Both the position numbers and the translations under genes were made by a program. 64,000 bases of DNA from assembly GCA_031835245.2 (NCBI GenBank), contig JAVKOQ020000021.1:124001-188000 (forward strand). The letters run 5' to 3'. Position 1 is the stretch's first letter; the number at the start of each line of letters is the position of its first letter. The notes beneath the pieces were generated by a model that ran no database searches, was not told the origin of the DNA, and saw only the letters and a program-made list of their open reading frames with translations. Below, piece by piece: positions 35,592 to 50,900 of this stretch. The stretch comes from Balamuthia mandrillaris (lineage: Eukaryota).

Positions 35592-36889
35592 ATGAAAAGA
35601 GGTGAAGAGAAAGACGACGCTTTGATGGAAGTTGAAGAGGAGGCGGAGGAGGAGGAGGAGGAAGAGGAGGAGGAGGAAGAAGACGAGGTGGAGGAAGGAG
35701 CAGAAGCGGAGTCGGAGGACGAAGAAACCAAAGAAAGAAAGAGACAGGAGCTCAAGCAGCTGCTGAACCAGGAGCTCCGCGCCCTCCCCGCCCTCAAAAG
35801 CGGCACCCTCGCCAACGGCCTTCGCTACTTCATCCTGCCGAACAGAACGCCGCCGCAGCGCTTCGAGGCACACCTGGAGGTGCACGTCGGCTCCGTCGAT
35901 GAGGAGGACGACGAACAGGGTCTCGCTCACTACCTGGAACACGCTGTCTTTCTCGGTATGTTTTTGCGCTCGCTCATTCTCATCTCTCTCTTTCTCTCGC
36001 TCTTCTCTCTCTCTTACCTCTCTCACGCACTCTCGCCACAGGAACGGAAAAGTATCCAAACGCAGAGCTCATGCGAAACCTCTTCGCCGCATGGGGGTAT
36101 GCTACTTTCTGCTCTGTCTCCTCTCTCGTTCTCTCGTCTCTGTCTCTGTCTCTGTCTCTGTCTCTGTCTCTGTCTCTGTCTCTGTCTCTGTCTCTGTCTC
36201 TGTCTCTGTCTCTCCTCTCTCTCTCCCTCTCTCCCTCTCTTCCTCTCTCTTCTAGATATCTCTTTGTTCCACACTAAAAACAAAACAAGAATGTCATTTG
36301 GTGGAGACACGAATGCATACACAGACTTTCGAAACACTGTCTACACTTTCAACGCCCCGACGTCCTTGAACAAAGAAGGAGAAGCGGAGAATGCAAAACA
36401 ACCGGACGACAAAGAGATAGAAGATCACAGTGACAAAAACTTATGGAAGGTATTGGATGCCATACATCAGCTGGCGTTCAAAGCTCTATTGCAGGCAGCT
36501 CCTATTGACAACGAACGTGGCCCGATTCTTTCAGAGGTGGCTTCTCTCTTCCTTCTGTTCTAAGCCTTTCGTTTCTTACTTTCTTCTTTCTTGTACAGGC
36601 TCAAATATCAAACAGCATTGGTTATCGAGTGGAATACCAGGTACGCTCTTCTTGTATTTTGGTGTTGCTCATGAGACTTCTAACTTGCAACAAATGGTTT
36701 TGTCTTTCACAAGGAATACCAACAAATACATGCCACGAACCGACTCTGTCAACGGTTTCCAATTGGCAAAGTGGCACAAATCCAAAGTTTTGCCAGAGAA
36801 GACTTGTTGCGTTTCTATCAAAAGTGGTATCGCCCCGATAACATGTCACTATTTATTGTTGGTTCGTTTAGTTTTTCAGCTTCTCTTCT

Positions 36890-36928
<39 letters not shown>

Positions 36929-37251
36929 CATCCGCAGAATATCTCACTTATCCTTCTCTATTTGTTATCTTGTTTTGCTTTCGTTTATCATCACCACAAA
37001 AGGCGATGTGGATGCGGAAATATCAACGAGTTATATTCATCAAATATTTGGCTCAACTCTACAACCTTCTCTTCCTCTTCCTTCTCGGGTGGCTCCACAG
37101 TTTGGACCACCTGCAGAACCCATCCACATTTTTCAACACGAGCTCTTGCATCAGTTTTCTCTGACGATGAATGTTTTGTTCCCGATCACTGGTTATCGGA
37201 CAGTTAACGACATCAGAGAAGAACTTATTTGGTCGCTGCTGGGTATTTATC

Positions 37252-37288
<37 letters not shown>

Positions 37289-40200
37289 TCCTTCCTCCGT
37301 TTCTTATTTCCCACAACAAAATAACTTTTCACATTGTTAAAAGGTATCGTGTGGGACCTGAGGATTTATGCGTTGAAACAAGCGCAACTCAAACCAGTTT
37401 TCTCATCCATATCGTGGCAATTTTCGGATTCTTTTCGCGACAACTGCGCTTTCAGTTCACTGTTTGTCATTTCTAATCCTTCCACCTGGAAAGAAGCTGT
37501 CTCGGTATCTTTTAGTTACCTCTTCTTTCGTTTCATTCTGCTTTCGTGTTACATTCTTAACAAATGTTTCCTTCACTATTTCATTTCCTCAAACAAAAAC
37601 AGTTAACCTTTCAAGAAACCGCAAAAATGGCACTGTACGGAGTTACTCAACAAGAAATGGAACGCAGTTTAGCTGCTCTTCTTCGCGATATGCAACAACG
37701 CGCCGAACAACAGGACACCACATTTTCTATTTGGCACCTGGAAGACATGATGGAGGACAATCAACTGAAGCGTGTTTTTATGTGCAAACAAGAAGCCTAC
37801 TCTATAGCTCTCAAACTTGCTCCAACCATTTCTTTGGAACTTGTCAACAAAAGAGCTTCTGAGATATTCTCTCCGATGATACTTCCCTTCGTCAACAATG
37901 AAGGAGAAGAAAAAGAGCATAAACAGAAGAAAACTAAGAAAGAAGGAGAAGATGAAGCAGAGGAAGACGACGAAAATGTTTTGAAGAAAAGAGAAACGAG
38001 CGTGTTTGTAACGGCTCCGATTTGGTTGGGCGACAACAATAGCAACAATGACGTCGATGCGGAGGACGAACAGCAAGCAGCAGATGAGGAAGAAGAGGCC
38101 ATTCGTTCTTGCGTTTTGGAAAGACGTTCAATGCGAGACTTGTTGACTTCTTCGTGTTCATCTTCATCCTCTTCTCTACTTGAACAACACATGGAACTAG
38201 AACAAAAAGAAGAACACGAAGAAACGAAGAAAGCCAAGTTTAACGTCAACGAGACGGAAATTGGTCAAGTGATAAGTAATGCTGTAAGCAACGTCAAGCC
38301 ACCAGAAGATGTTATAGTTCCAGAGGATCTATTGGAAGAAAGGGAGTTGCTTGCCAAAGCGGATGAACAAAAACCTCATTGGGTGCCTGTACAATTGTAC
38401 GACGACCTCTTTCGCTTTGTACAAAAAGATGAAAGCAGCTCAATGAATGAAGAGAAGAGGATAAGAGCTATGCATAAAGCAACGAATGTTACTTTGATGG
38501 AGTTGAATAACGGCATTCGAGTGAACTACCTCAAAACAAGCTTTAGAAAGAATCATTGCAGGTAACTCTCCCTCTCTCCCTCCCTCTCACATACATCTTT
38601 TTGCTTTCTTCTTTAGTCTTTTTCTATGCTATACATACTTTCATAGCTTTTCCCCTTCTAACGTCTTCCTTTCCCTTCTACCCTTCTCTTTTGTTTCTTC
38701 TTTCTCCCTCAAGTCTTCGGATAAGCTGCGTAGGCGGGATGTGTTGGGAAACGGAGGCGCCCTTTGGCGGCATCACCGAGCTCACCTTTGAGACGCTCCT
38801 CGACAGCGGGGCCGGACCCCACTCCTCCCAAGTGATTGCTGAGTATTGTGCCCGGTGGGGCATCGCCACCTCCTCCGCCTCCACCGCGGAGGTTGTGGCC
38901 ATCGATCTTAGCTTCAGCATGACGGATGGAGGCTTGAGCAAGGCCTTACAGCTGGTTCACCTTGTGTTAAGCGCTCCCAATTGGGACTATCTGTCCTTTG
39001 AGAGAGCTAAAATGAACGCCATTCTGCAGGCTGAAGGATGGAAGAAGGACCTGCAAAGTGTTGCTGTGGATTTGTTGATGAAGATTTCCATGAAGCGATG
39101 TTACAATTTGAAAGAAGATGGAGAAGAAAGCACTGAAGGTGAAGAACCGAAGAACAGGAAGACAACTACGAAGAAAAAAGAAGACGATATGGATTATCGA
39201 TTCGTGCAACCAACCAATTGTAGGCTGCTTGGAAATGCGAATCCGGCTTTGGCAGTTTCCATCTTAGCGCAACACGTTTGCCGAGCAAAGAACTTGACAG
39301 TGAGCATCGTGGGAGACTTTGGGAGTGAGGAGCAGTTAGAAAGCGAGCTGCTCAAGTATCTTGGAACTATTCCGTCTACCACCACTGTTCGTCTTTTGAA
39401 TTTCCCTGCTGCTTCTTCTTTATCATCATCTTCTTCATTATCTACCTCCTCTTTGTCGTCATCAGTCTCTTCTCCTTTAAGATCTTCTTCATCTTCAGCT
39501 AAAACGCGATTGAAACTGAGCGATCCGTCTTCAGTTTCTTCGCCTCTACGAGCTTCTTCTGCCTCTTCCATGAACGATTCTGTTTCTTCTTCAGCTCCAT
39601 CTTCTTCGCTGCACGCTAACGCAATGAAAGCTGCAAATCTAGAGGGCATTGGCTGCGATTTTCCTGATGTTTTGGGCCTGTTTTCTGAGGGAGTTTTGCC
39701 AACAAGGTTTACTCGTCCTCCTGTTTCAAAATGGTGGGTATTCCTGCAAAGAGAGAAAAAAGAATGAGAGAAAGAGAAGAGAAAAAATTGTTATTAACAT
39801 TTTCCCACCTAAAACAGGTTTCATATAACCGACGAGGAAGAAAGAGCGTTCGTGTGTATAGCTTTTCCTACTTTTAACCGATGGGGACAACGCTCAACTT
39901 CAATTCGCTTGACAACAACAACAACACAAAAGAAAGACCGTGAAGACGGAGAAGAAAGTGTGAGTTTTGCCGTTGAAAATGGAGGAGAAAGCAATCATAC
40001 ACGAAGACAACACCGTCTCTGGCAAAGTCGTTCTGCCTTTTTGTTAACTGAAGTACATCTTTTCTATCTCGTTCTTTTTTTTGCCCTTCTTCTTTTTTGG
40101 TATAACTTTGCCCTATTCATCAGATACTTCAAAATCGATTATTCGCTGTCATTCGAGAGAAACTTGGACTGGTCTACAGCGCTGACGTGGAGCTCACTCT

Positions 40201-40777
40201 CACCGACTTTTACGACAGCGGCACTCTCTTCCTGATGTTGACAGCTTTTCCTCACTCCATAGCAGTCACCGTGGAGCAGGTGTTCAACATTTTTCAAGAC
40301 TTTTTCGATGGGGAGAGAAAGAAAAAAGATAAGAAGATTACGAAAGAAGAATTCGTGGAGGCGCAAGTTCCCTTTGTGCAGCAACAAAGAGCGAGCCTTC
40401 ATCGGAATAGCTATTGGCTGAGCTTGTTGGAGTACTTGCAGCTCTTCCCTCCACACCTTCCTCGTCACCCTCCACCTCTCCAACACGATCGCAACAAACG
40501 AAAAGAGAGAAAGAAGGAAGAAGAAAAGGAAGAAGAAGAAGAAGAGAGAAGGTTACAAACGTACGACTTGAGCTGCATCGAAGATATTCCAGGACACTTT
40601 GCGAGCATCACCTACGAGGACGTGTTGTTGGTGACGGAGGAGCTGTTTGCCGGGATGGCGGAGCACGTGTGCGTCGCGGTGGGCACGGCCGGAGCGATCC
40701 CGCCCGCGGACATTCACCTCCAGATGCAAAGGATTGATGCGTGCTTGAAAGCGTTGTCTTCCTCTGCTCGAAAATAA
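35592..40777 (+). CDS. M16 zinc metallopeptidase, stromal-processing-peptidase-like
   Basis: NGLRYFILPNRTPPQRFEAHLEVHVGSVDEEDDEQGLAHYLEH (HxxEH), NAYTDF, ERGPILSE, RFPIG, WYRPDNMSLFIVGD, IFQHELL, and a second unit starting LNNGIRVNY. Confidence 0.88.
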
Positions 40778-40951
40778 TCGAATAGTTTTGATATTTTATC
40801 TTAAATTTGGAAACATTTGCATATTTCAATATTATCGCAATAGGATTGAATGAATTAATACTTATTGAAAAACTCGATAATCTCTGAATCTTGTTCAACA
40901 TTATCGAAAATTAACGCATATTCGCGTTAAGAAAAGAAAAATGCAGGAAAG

Positions 40952-42345
40952 ATGCTAAAGCGACACCAAACGTGCAAGTACCATGCGCGAGGCTATTGCC
41001 GACAAGGCACAAGCTGCGCCTTTAGCCATGGTAAGTTGTGTTGCTCCCCCCCTTTCTTTGTTCTTTTTATCAGACAAGGAAAAACTCACCTTTCTTTATG
41101 GTATGTAATGCCAAAAAAAAAGAACCGTTATGCAAATACTTTCTTGGTGGATACTGCCGAAACGGTGCTCTCTGCAGCTTTTCACACAACGCTTCGCCCA
41201 CGCAGCTAGACGAGCAAGGGCAAGAAGATAGGATGGAAACCGTTTCTTCCTCCAGCGACGATGATGACGAAGAGGACATGAAACTTGAACGAGTTAATAC
41301 AGAGGCTGCTCACCCACAAAAAGAAGACGGAGAAGGCGGCGCCTTTTCGCTCATTAGAAGAAGGCTAAGAAGCGGTGGAAGAGCGGTGGGGCCAGCACGA
41401 ATGCTCACCATTGAGGCGTTTGAACAACAGCGACAGAGGATGGAGGCGGAAGGAAGGGAGGTTCGAAGGGTTAGAATCGTTTGCCTCTCCGACACGCACA
41501 TGAAACACGAGCTCCTTACTCCATCCTTGCCCCAAGGAGGTAACAACATGTCTTTAGCTGTCTTCTTTCTCCTGCCATATGTTGGTTTTCGTTTTTTTTT
41601 TTCTTGTCCTGTTCTTGTCCTCCTTGTCTCCGACTGGTTAATTCTGAAAATGTTAGATGACCACATATTGGTGCATGCTGGGGACTTCACGTGCCTCGGC
41701 CGGTACGAACACGCTCTGGCGTTCAACGAGTGGCTGGGCACTCTCAACTATCGATACAAGTTCATTGTCTCTGGTTCGCTCTCATCTCGTTTTTATGTTT
41801 GGCGCTTTTTTCACGCAATTATAACAAACAATTCAAAAAAAAACATAGGAAACCACGAACGGTTGTGTGGAAACGTTCGTCAGCATGCCTCCTATAACCA
41901 ACTACTGACAAATGGCATCCACATCACCCACCAACGCATTACACTCTCCGAGTTTGGTGGTCTCACCATTCTTCTCTCCTCTTGGGAGAAAATGAATCTC
42001 AAAGACAACACCTCTGTGGAACCGGAACTCTTTCTTTGGAACGACGATGCTGCTGCTGCTTCTTCTTCTTCTTCTTCTTCTTCGGAAATGATGATGACTG
42101 AAACTTCTTCAAAAGTGGATATACTTGTAACGCACGTTCCCCCACGTGGCGTTCTTGACAGAGTTAAACTTGTGAAACATCGGGGAAGCGCACGCCTGTT
42201 GGAAAGAGTGCTACGGATTCAGCCAACTGTGCACGTGTTTGGCCATGTACACAAAGGTGGCTTTGAAGTCAGAGATGGAATGACGTTTGTGAATGCAGCG
42301 AATCCAGGTCTTTTTGGGCCATTTGTTTTTGACTATTATTACTGA
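40952..42345 (+). CDS. Two CCCH zinc fingers fused to an MPPED-like calcineurin-type metallophosphoesterase
   Basis: CKYHARGYCRQGTSCAFSH and CKYFLGGYCRNGALCSFSH; SDTH, HAGD, GNHE, LVTHVPP, HVFGHVH. Confidence 0.85.
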
Positions 42346-42390
42346 GGACTGAAAAGAGAGCATGTGTACAAAAGAATAAATGACAAACTT

Positions 42391-43299
42391 TTAACTGTTG
42401 GAGACTTGTTTTCTTCTCCTTTTAATGGGGCGGTTGTCGTTCTTGCCGGTCTGTCTCAGCTGCAAACTGATCCGAAAGTTGTGCAGGTCGTCGGGAAGGA
42501 ATGAAGGACAGGTGCCGGGAACAATAGCATCGATACCATGCCAGACATTCCACTCAGTTCCTCCGTTGAACACCAGCACATCCCCAGACTCAAACTCCAG
42601 CACTATTAGTGTTTTTCAAACTGAGCATGAAGAGAAGGAACAAGGAAGAAGGACAAGAAGAGGTATCAGACCTTCTTTCATGTGCATCTCTTTGCCTTTG
42701 ATATGAAACATGGCGGTGCATCCTAAAGAGAACAAGACCACCCAACCCTCCACTTTGTCACAGTGGCCAGTCAGCCGGCCCTTTCCCTCCTCATAACGAA
42801 AGGCGGTGATGTAATTGGGCGAATAAGAGGGAGGGATCGTGGAGGGGCTGAGCTGGGAGGCTGCATAGCATGCCGACTGGGCGAAGCTGGAGAATGTGCT
42901 GGGGATGAGGTCCGCCTGACGACGGCAGTCGAAGGCAATGATCTTGAGAAAGTTGGATTTGGGGTTGCGAGCTCTCGTGGCGGAGTAATGAGGGGTGCTG
43001 CAGAGGATGTCTTGGTAGAGGTCGCATTGTTGGCGAGGTGAGAGGAAGCGTTTGAGATGAACCACGCCTTCTTGGAGCTGATTTATTTATTTATTTATTT
43101 ATTTTGATGAAACGTTAGAAAGGCAAGCCAAGCAAGAAAGAGAACGATGAGACCACAAAATCGAGCAAGAATAAAACAACGATGAACAAGAAAAGACCAG
43201 AAAGAAAGAAAGAACAACCGCAATCCCAGCAGAGGGTTCCGGGAGGGCAGAAGGAACGAGAGAGCTGGAGGACGAGGCGTCCTGCGATGGTTGCTCCAT
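42391..43299 (-). CDS. AlkB-like 2OG-Fe(II) dioxygenase
   Basis: VVHLKRFLS, HxD (GHCD), VVLFSLG, ESGDVLVFNG, WHGI, RISLQLR. Confidence 0.8.
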
Positions 43300-43557
43300 T
43301 GTTATGTTCAACTCACTCACTTGTTTGGAAAGGTTTTGTGTGTTGTAACCTTTTCGTATTATTTTTTTTTTTTGCTTTAACGAATTTTTTTTATTTCTTG
43401 GAAAAAATAATTCAAATTTTGATAAATAGCTAATCCCCATTTTGGCTTGCATGATGTCGGTTCGACTCGGAACCAACGCAACACGACTTTTATTTTTATA
43501 GCTTTGCCGGTTGGCTTCCACAACAAGCTCCAGCCATTGCAGCAATACTTTAAAGAC

Positions 43558-45076
<1,519 letters not shown>

Positions 45077-45618
45077 TTCTTTTGTGTTAGGTTGCCGAAG
45101 CCGGTACTCTCTTCGCTTTGGTGTGTTTGTTGTTTTGGCTGTTGTTGGCGATAACAAAACCCGCAACAGCACAAGCAAACTGTAAAAAAGGACGGAGACC
45201 GGTAACGCTCGCCCGTTTAACATGATAATAATGCCTCGTCATCATTTTTTCGAAAGGAAAGGGGCTTTCAGCCTCCTCTCGGTCCATGTTCCGGGCCACC
45301 GCACCACCACAGTGTCACCTCCAGCAAAGGCTCTCTCTCCAGCGCTGTAGAGAGGGAGGGAAAGCACCCCCTTTTGGTCTAACCATCAGGAGGCTTGCCT
45401 CTCCGAATAATTATTTCAGATAAACATCCAACTATCGTCTCTCCTTTCGAAATATTCAATATTTTTCTGTATATTAACAAATTTTAAATTTTTTCAACAT
45501 TTTATTTACATACGGAATTTTGCCGACTTTTCCTTTATTTTGTGTAGACACAACAAAAAATCCTTAAAAAAATTTAATTTTTTTTTTTGTTGTTTAAAAG
45601 AACAAAAACAAAAAACCA

Positions 45619-46080
45619 ATGAAGAGCCGAAGTGGTAGTGCTTCTCTCTCCTCCTCCATGGACGCCCTCCCTCACTTCAAAAGGCTTCGTGTTGGCGTCA
45701 TTGGGACCGGCATCTTTGCCACCAACGCTCACTTGCCCGCAATGCTGGTATTTTTTTTTATTATTTATTTTTTCATATTTTTTCTATATGCAAAGATTAT
45801 TTAAATCACTTTTCTTCTTTCTTCTTCCTCCTCCTTCTTCTCCTTGTTTTTTTATTTTTGAAAAAACACACAGCGTATGCCAGAACGTTTTGAAATCGTT
45901 GCCGTCTGCAACCGAAGCGAGGAAAAGGCCTTTGCCTATGCGGCCAAGGCCAAGCTGCCAGAGCCCACCCTCGGCCTCAACGTCTACCAGGACTATCGCC
46001 AGCTGCTCGCCAGGGAGGACGTGGAGGCGGTAGTGGTGGCTCTGCCCGTTTCCTTCAACTTGGAGGTATGCTTGCAACAC

Positions 46081-46122
<42 letters not shown>

Positions 46123-47803
46123 CTTTTCTCCTTTCTTTTCTGTCTCTTTTTCTTTCGTTTTTCTTTTAATTTTTTTGGAATTTTATATTTTATATTTTAT
46201 ATTTTATTTATTTTGGTTTTTCTTTTTCTTTTGGTTTTGTTTTGTTTGTTGCTTTGTCCTTCTTCTTTGGTGTAGTTCTTCGATTTCGTCGCCATCAACT
46301 TCTTGTTCTTCTTGTTCTTCTTGTTCTTCTCCTTCTCCTTCTCCTTCTCCTTCTCCTTCTCCTTCTCCTTCTCCTTCTCCTTCTCCTTCTCCTTCTCCTT
46401 CTCCTTCTCCTTCTCCTTCTCCTTCTCCTTCTCCTTCTCCTTCTCCTTCTCCTTCTCCTTCTCCTTCTCCTTCTCCTTCTCCTTCTCCTTCTTATTGTTC
46501 TTCTTCTTCCTCTTCTTATTGTTTTTGTTCTTCTTCTTCTTCTTCTTCTTCTTCTTCTTCTTCTTCTTCTTCTTCTTCTTCTTCTTCTTCTTCTTCTTTC
46601 TTAGTCCTCTTCTTTTAGTATTAGCATTTACTTACAAAAACAAACAAAAAAAGGTTTGCAAAGCAGCTCTTGAGAAAGGCAAACATGTCCTCGTGGAGAA
46701 GCCCATTGCTCATTCTTTGGATGATGCTCGAGAAATCGTTCGCTTGGCCAATTACTACCGAGCCAACAAGGGCCTCTGCCTTATGGTTGCCGAGAACTAT
46801 CCTTACAAGAAGTCCACTCAGGCCATGGCTGATGTTGTTGCTGGTTTGATCCTTTGCTCTTTCTCTTCTTTCTCTTTTTTCTTTACTTCTTTTCCTCTTT
46901 TTTTTTTCTCATTGTTTCTCTTTATGTTCAAAAGGTGGTAAATTGGGAAATGTCATTTGCTTCAACTTGACTATCGCTCGTCAGTTCAGCCCTCAATCCA
47001 ACGTCTATCTAACCACTTCATGGAGACAATCTCCCGAGCATCCTGGTGGCTTTCTCTCCGATGGAGGAGTTCATTGGGTCTCTTTGTTGACGAGCGTTTT
47101 GGGGCCTGTTCGCTCTATCTCTGCTTTTACTCGTAGAATCGAGGAAGCGAATGGCGCTGGTATGTATAACACTTTTATTTATTTTTATCTCTTTTCTCTT
47201 TAACTCTAGTATTTATTCCATCCATTTCTCTTTCACACTTTTTTTTGTGAAGAGGATACGATAAGCGCAACCGTGATGCTGGAAAGCGGAGCAATCGGCA
47301 CTTGGGCTCTCACCTTTGCCTCTGGCGGCGCCTCTCATGCTACCTTCAATGTGATTGGTAACAAGGGGAACGTCTCCCTGTTTGACATGGCCAAAATGAT
47401 TGTAACCACTAAAACCGGAAAAGTTTGTCTCCTCTTCTCCTTTACTTCTTTGCTCTTTAGCTTATTTTGTTTCTCTCCTTGGAAATAGCGAAGTGAGGTG
47501 GTGTTTGAAGGGGAAGGCCTCGGCGACAAACTGGACATCGTGGCCGAGTTTGAAGACTTTCACCGTGTGGCAACCTTTGAGCGACCAGAGATCATCAGAA
47601 AAGAAAAGCCATCCGGGGAGAAGGAAGAGAACGAGGAAGGCAGAAAAGAAGAGGAAGAGTTTGTGTTTGTGGAGGGAGGGAAGCCCAGGGTAAGCGTGGA
47701 GGAAGCGTTCCATCATTTGGCGGTCGTAGTGGCCGCTCTGCAATCGATGAAGTCCATGAAAGTGGAAGGCATTGCTTCTCCTTCTCCTTCTGCTGCTGAA
47801 TAA
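45619..47803 (+). CDS. Gfo/Idh/MocA family oxidoreductase
   Basis: RVGVIGTGIFA...HLPA, VAVCNRS, VEAVVVALP, GKHVLVEKPIA, MVAENY, WR...GGFLSDGGVHW, SGAIG. Confidence 0.9.
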
Positions 47804-47900
47804 CATTATTTGAAAGGAGAAAGAAGAACAGAAAAGAAAGTTTTAGAGAGAATTTTTTTAACCTGTACATTAAAACAAAAAACAGTTAAAAAGAGTGTTT

Positions 47901-50900
47901 CTAGCTTTCGTGCATTTCTCTTTCCATGGCGTCCAGGTCGAAGCAAGCGAACAAAGCCTCAGAGTCTTCTTCGACACTTTCTTCTTCGACAAAAGTGCTT
48001 GCACGTTCTTCTATCACCGGTCTTTCTTGTTCTTCTATGAATTCTTCTTCTTTTTCTTCTTCTGTGAGGCTGGTAAATTGTGGTTGAGGAGGAAGGTTTT
48101 GTGGAATGAAAGTGGAGAAAGAGTTAGAAGAAGAGGAAGATGGGAAAGCTCCAGAGAAAGAAGAAAAGGAAGAAGGAGAAGTGGTAAAGGGAGTTGAAGT
48201 GGTGGTTCCAAAGGGAGCAAAAGTTGGATTTGGGGAATGTAAAGTTGAAGATAGGAAAGGTGAAAAGGAAGAAGAAGAAGAAGAAGAAGAAGAAGAAGAA
48301 GAAGAAAAGGAGAAGGAAGGTAATGATGACGAAGAAGAAGGAACAGCGATAGACGGTTGGATAGTAGAAGAATTCGACTCAAAAGAAACGTCATTGGAAA
48401 ACGGAGAAGTATAAATCGTAGCAATAGAAGACGAAGACGAAGACGAAGACGAAGACGAAGAAGGAGAGGATGTAGAAACTGCTCTTTGGGCTTCAGTGGT
48501 TGTTGCTTCATTATGAGGTGAAGCCTTTGTCGGTCGAGAGAAAGTTATGCCTGCGGAAAAAGGAGAAGACGAAAACGAAGGACCCATTCCACTTTCTTCT
48601 GTTGCTCCTTCTGCTTTTTCTTTTTCTTTTTCTTTGTCTTTTTCGCCTTCATCAACCGGTCGTAACGAACCCAAACGAGTTCCAATCTTCATGCGAACGG
48701 GCAAAGGTACTTCCAATCGCACCGCACCTTCCATGCACCTCCTGAGCACCTCTTGCATCCCGTCCGCTGCTTCCTTCTTTACCTCCAATATCAACTCGTC
48801 ATGAACTTGCATCACGATTCGCGCTCTCTCTTTCCCTTGCTGTGTGTTTGAAATCTCCTTTTCCACTTGAAGCATAGCTCTCTTCACAATGTCGCTCGCG
48901 GTCCCTTGAATGAGCGTGTTGAGGCATTGTCTTTCCGCCTGACTAACACTTGCAGAAGATGATGAAGAAGGCGAAGCAGTAGGATAAGAAGAAGGAACGA
49001 TGGCAGGTAGTAAACGCCAACGGTTCGAGAGAAGAGTGCGCACGTTCCCCGTTTTGCGAGTTTGCTCTTTGGTCTCGTCGATGAAGTGTTTGATTCTGGG
49101 AAAGCTTTGGAGGAAACGATCTAAGAAGCGACGTGCCTGGTCTTCGTTCACTTGAAGCTCGCTGGCGAGAGCGGCTGCTCCTTTGCCGTAGATTATGCCG
49201 TAACAGATTTTCTTGGTGACTTCGCGTTCTTGCTCGGGATTTGAGGACTTCGGCCACCAACGACTAAAAGGAAGATAAAGAGATTGAATAAGCCAAGTAG
49301 AAGAGAAGGGAGAAGGAGAACGAAATGACAAAAAATGGTACCTCGCTAACACAGTAAAGATGTCCTCTCCGCTGCGAAGAAAGCCCAACAAAGCCTCATC
49401 CTTGCAACAATGTGCCAAAATCCTCATTTCCAGCTGAGAATAATCCGCTGCCAAAAACACACAATCCTCTTGGCACCTGAAAGCATCTTTTATGTTAAGG
49501 TTCAAACTTTTCTGTTGAACTTCTTCGTTTCCATTTGCTCCTCCGACGAAGAAAGTCAGGTCCTCTGTTCTGGGTAAGTTTTGCAAATTTGGATCCGCGG
49601 AAGAAAGTCTTCCTGTTGCTGCTTTCGTTTGCGACCATGTACAGCGAACTCGAAACAATCCTTTTCTTCTCAGGAATTCATCTGCTTCATTTGTTGCTCT
49701 TTGCGCAAATGGATCGATGTAACTTGAAAGGAGTTTCGAGATGTGACGATGTTCGAGAATGATGGAAGGAAGAGGATGAAGTTTGGTAAGTTCACGGAGA
49801 CAAGCAGCCCCGGTGGCATAGTCATGCTTGGAATTGTTGTTGTTCTTTGGTTTCGGGAGTTGAAGTTTGTCGTAGAGAATGTGACTCACTTGTTTGGAAG
49901 AACTTAGAAGAAACTTTTCTTCGGCCCATCTTTTTGTTTCGAAGAAGAAATAAGCACGAGAAGGAAGGAAAATAAAGAAGAAGACAACAAACGATAACAT
50001 AATAAATAAACAGAAAGAGGAAAACTCGTACTCTTCAGCTTTTTGCTCCAGAACAGCAGCTCGTTCCATCAACGCAGCTTTATACCGAGTCAAAGCGGAT
50101 ACCTCCAACAAAATGCCACCAAGTTCCATTTGGCAAAGAACATGAGGCATCAGCATTTCTTGCTGCAAGAAAGCAGAGTCCAAGCAGTTTCTTTGCAGCG
50201 ACGAAAACAGAGAAGACATTATTTGATTGACTGTTTTGAGAGCTTTCCAAAAGCTTAACGATGACTTTGTGGTTATATCTGTTGACAAGAGACAAAGAGA
50301 AGTTTGTGAGTTGAAGAGAGTAGGAACATCAAGCAAAAAGATAAAGAAAAGTACAAACCGGAAGAAGAAGCATAACCAGCAAACAAACGTTCATAAGCGT
50401 AGGCCGCTCCAAACTCCTCATCAGCCCCTTCATCCGGATCCAATAACCAAGCTGCAATTTTCGGATCATAAACTGCTGTAGGTTTTGTCATCTTGCCCTC
50501 CGAAGAGGAATAAAGAGCACGCAACATTTGTTGGAGGTCGTAACATACTTTTTGTAGGTGAGAAGAGTTCAAAACGGCCAACAAAAAGGCGGCCATCACC
50601 ATTCTCCTCTCTTTCATCGTCGAAGAGGAAAGTGGTATAAAATAGAGTTGTTGTTTCCACAGTAAGCCAAATCCTTTTATCTTCTTTTCGATGCTCTGCT
50701 TTTTCGACTTCTTGGTTTTGTTGTCAGGAATGAAGTTGGAAGAGCCGTCTTCGAATAGTACTCCTAACGCAACGCATGAAGGAGAGGAGTTGTCCAGAAA
50801 AGGTTGTTCGATGGAAGAAGAAGCAGAAAAAGAAAGGAGAGATTGTTGAAAGTGTTGAAAGGCTGAAATGTTCATCTGAGAGAGATCAATTATTTCGTAT

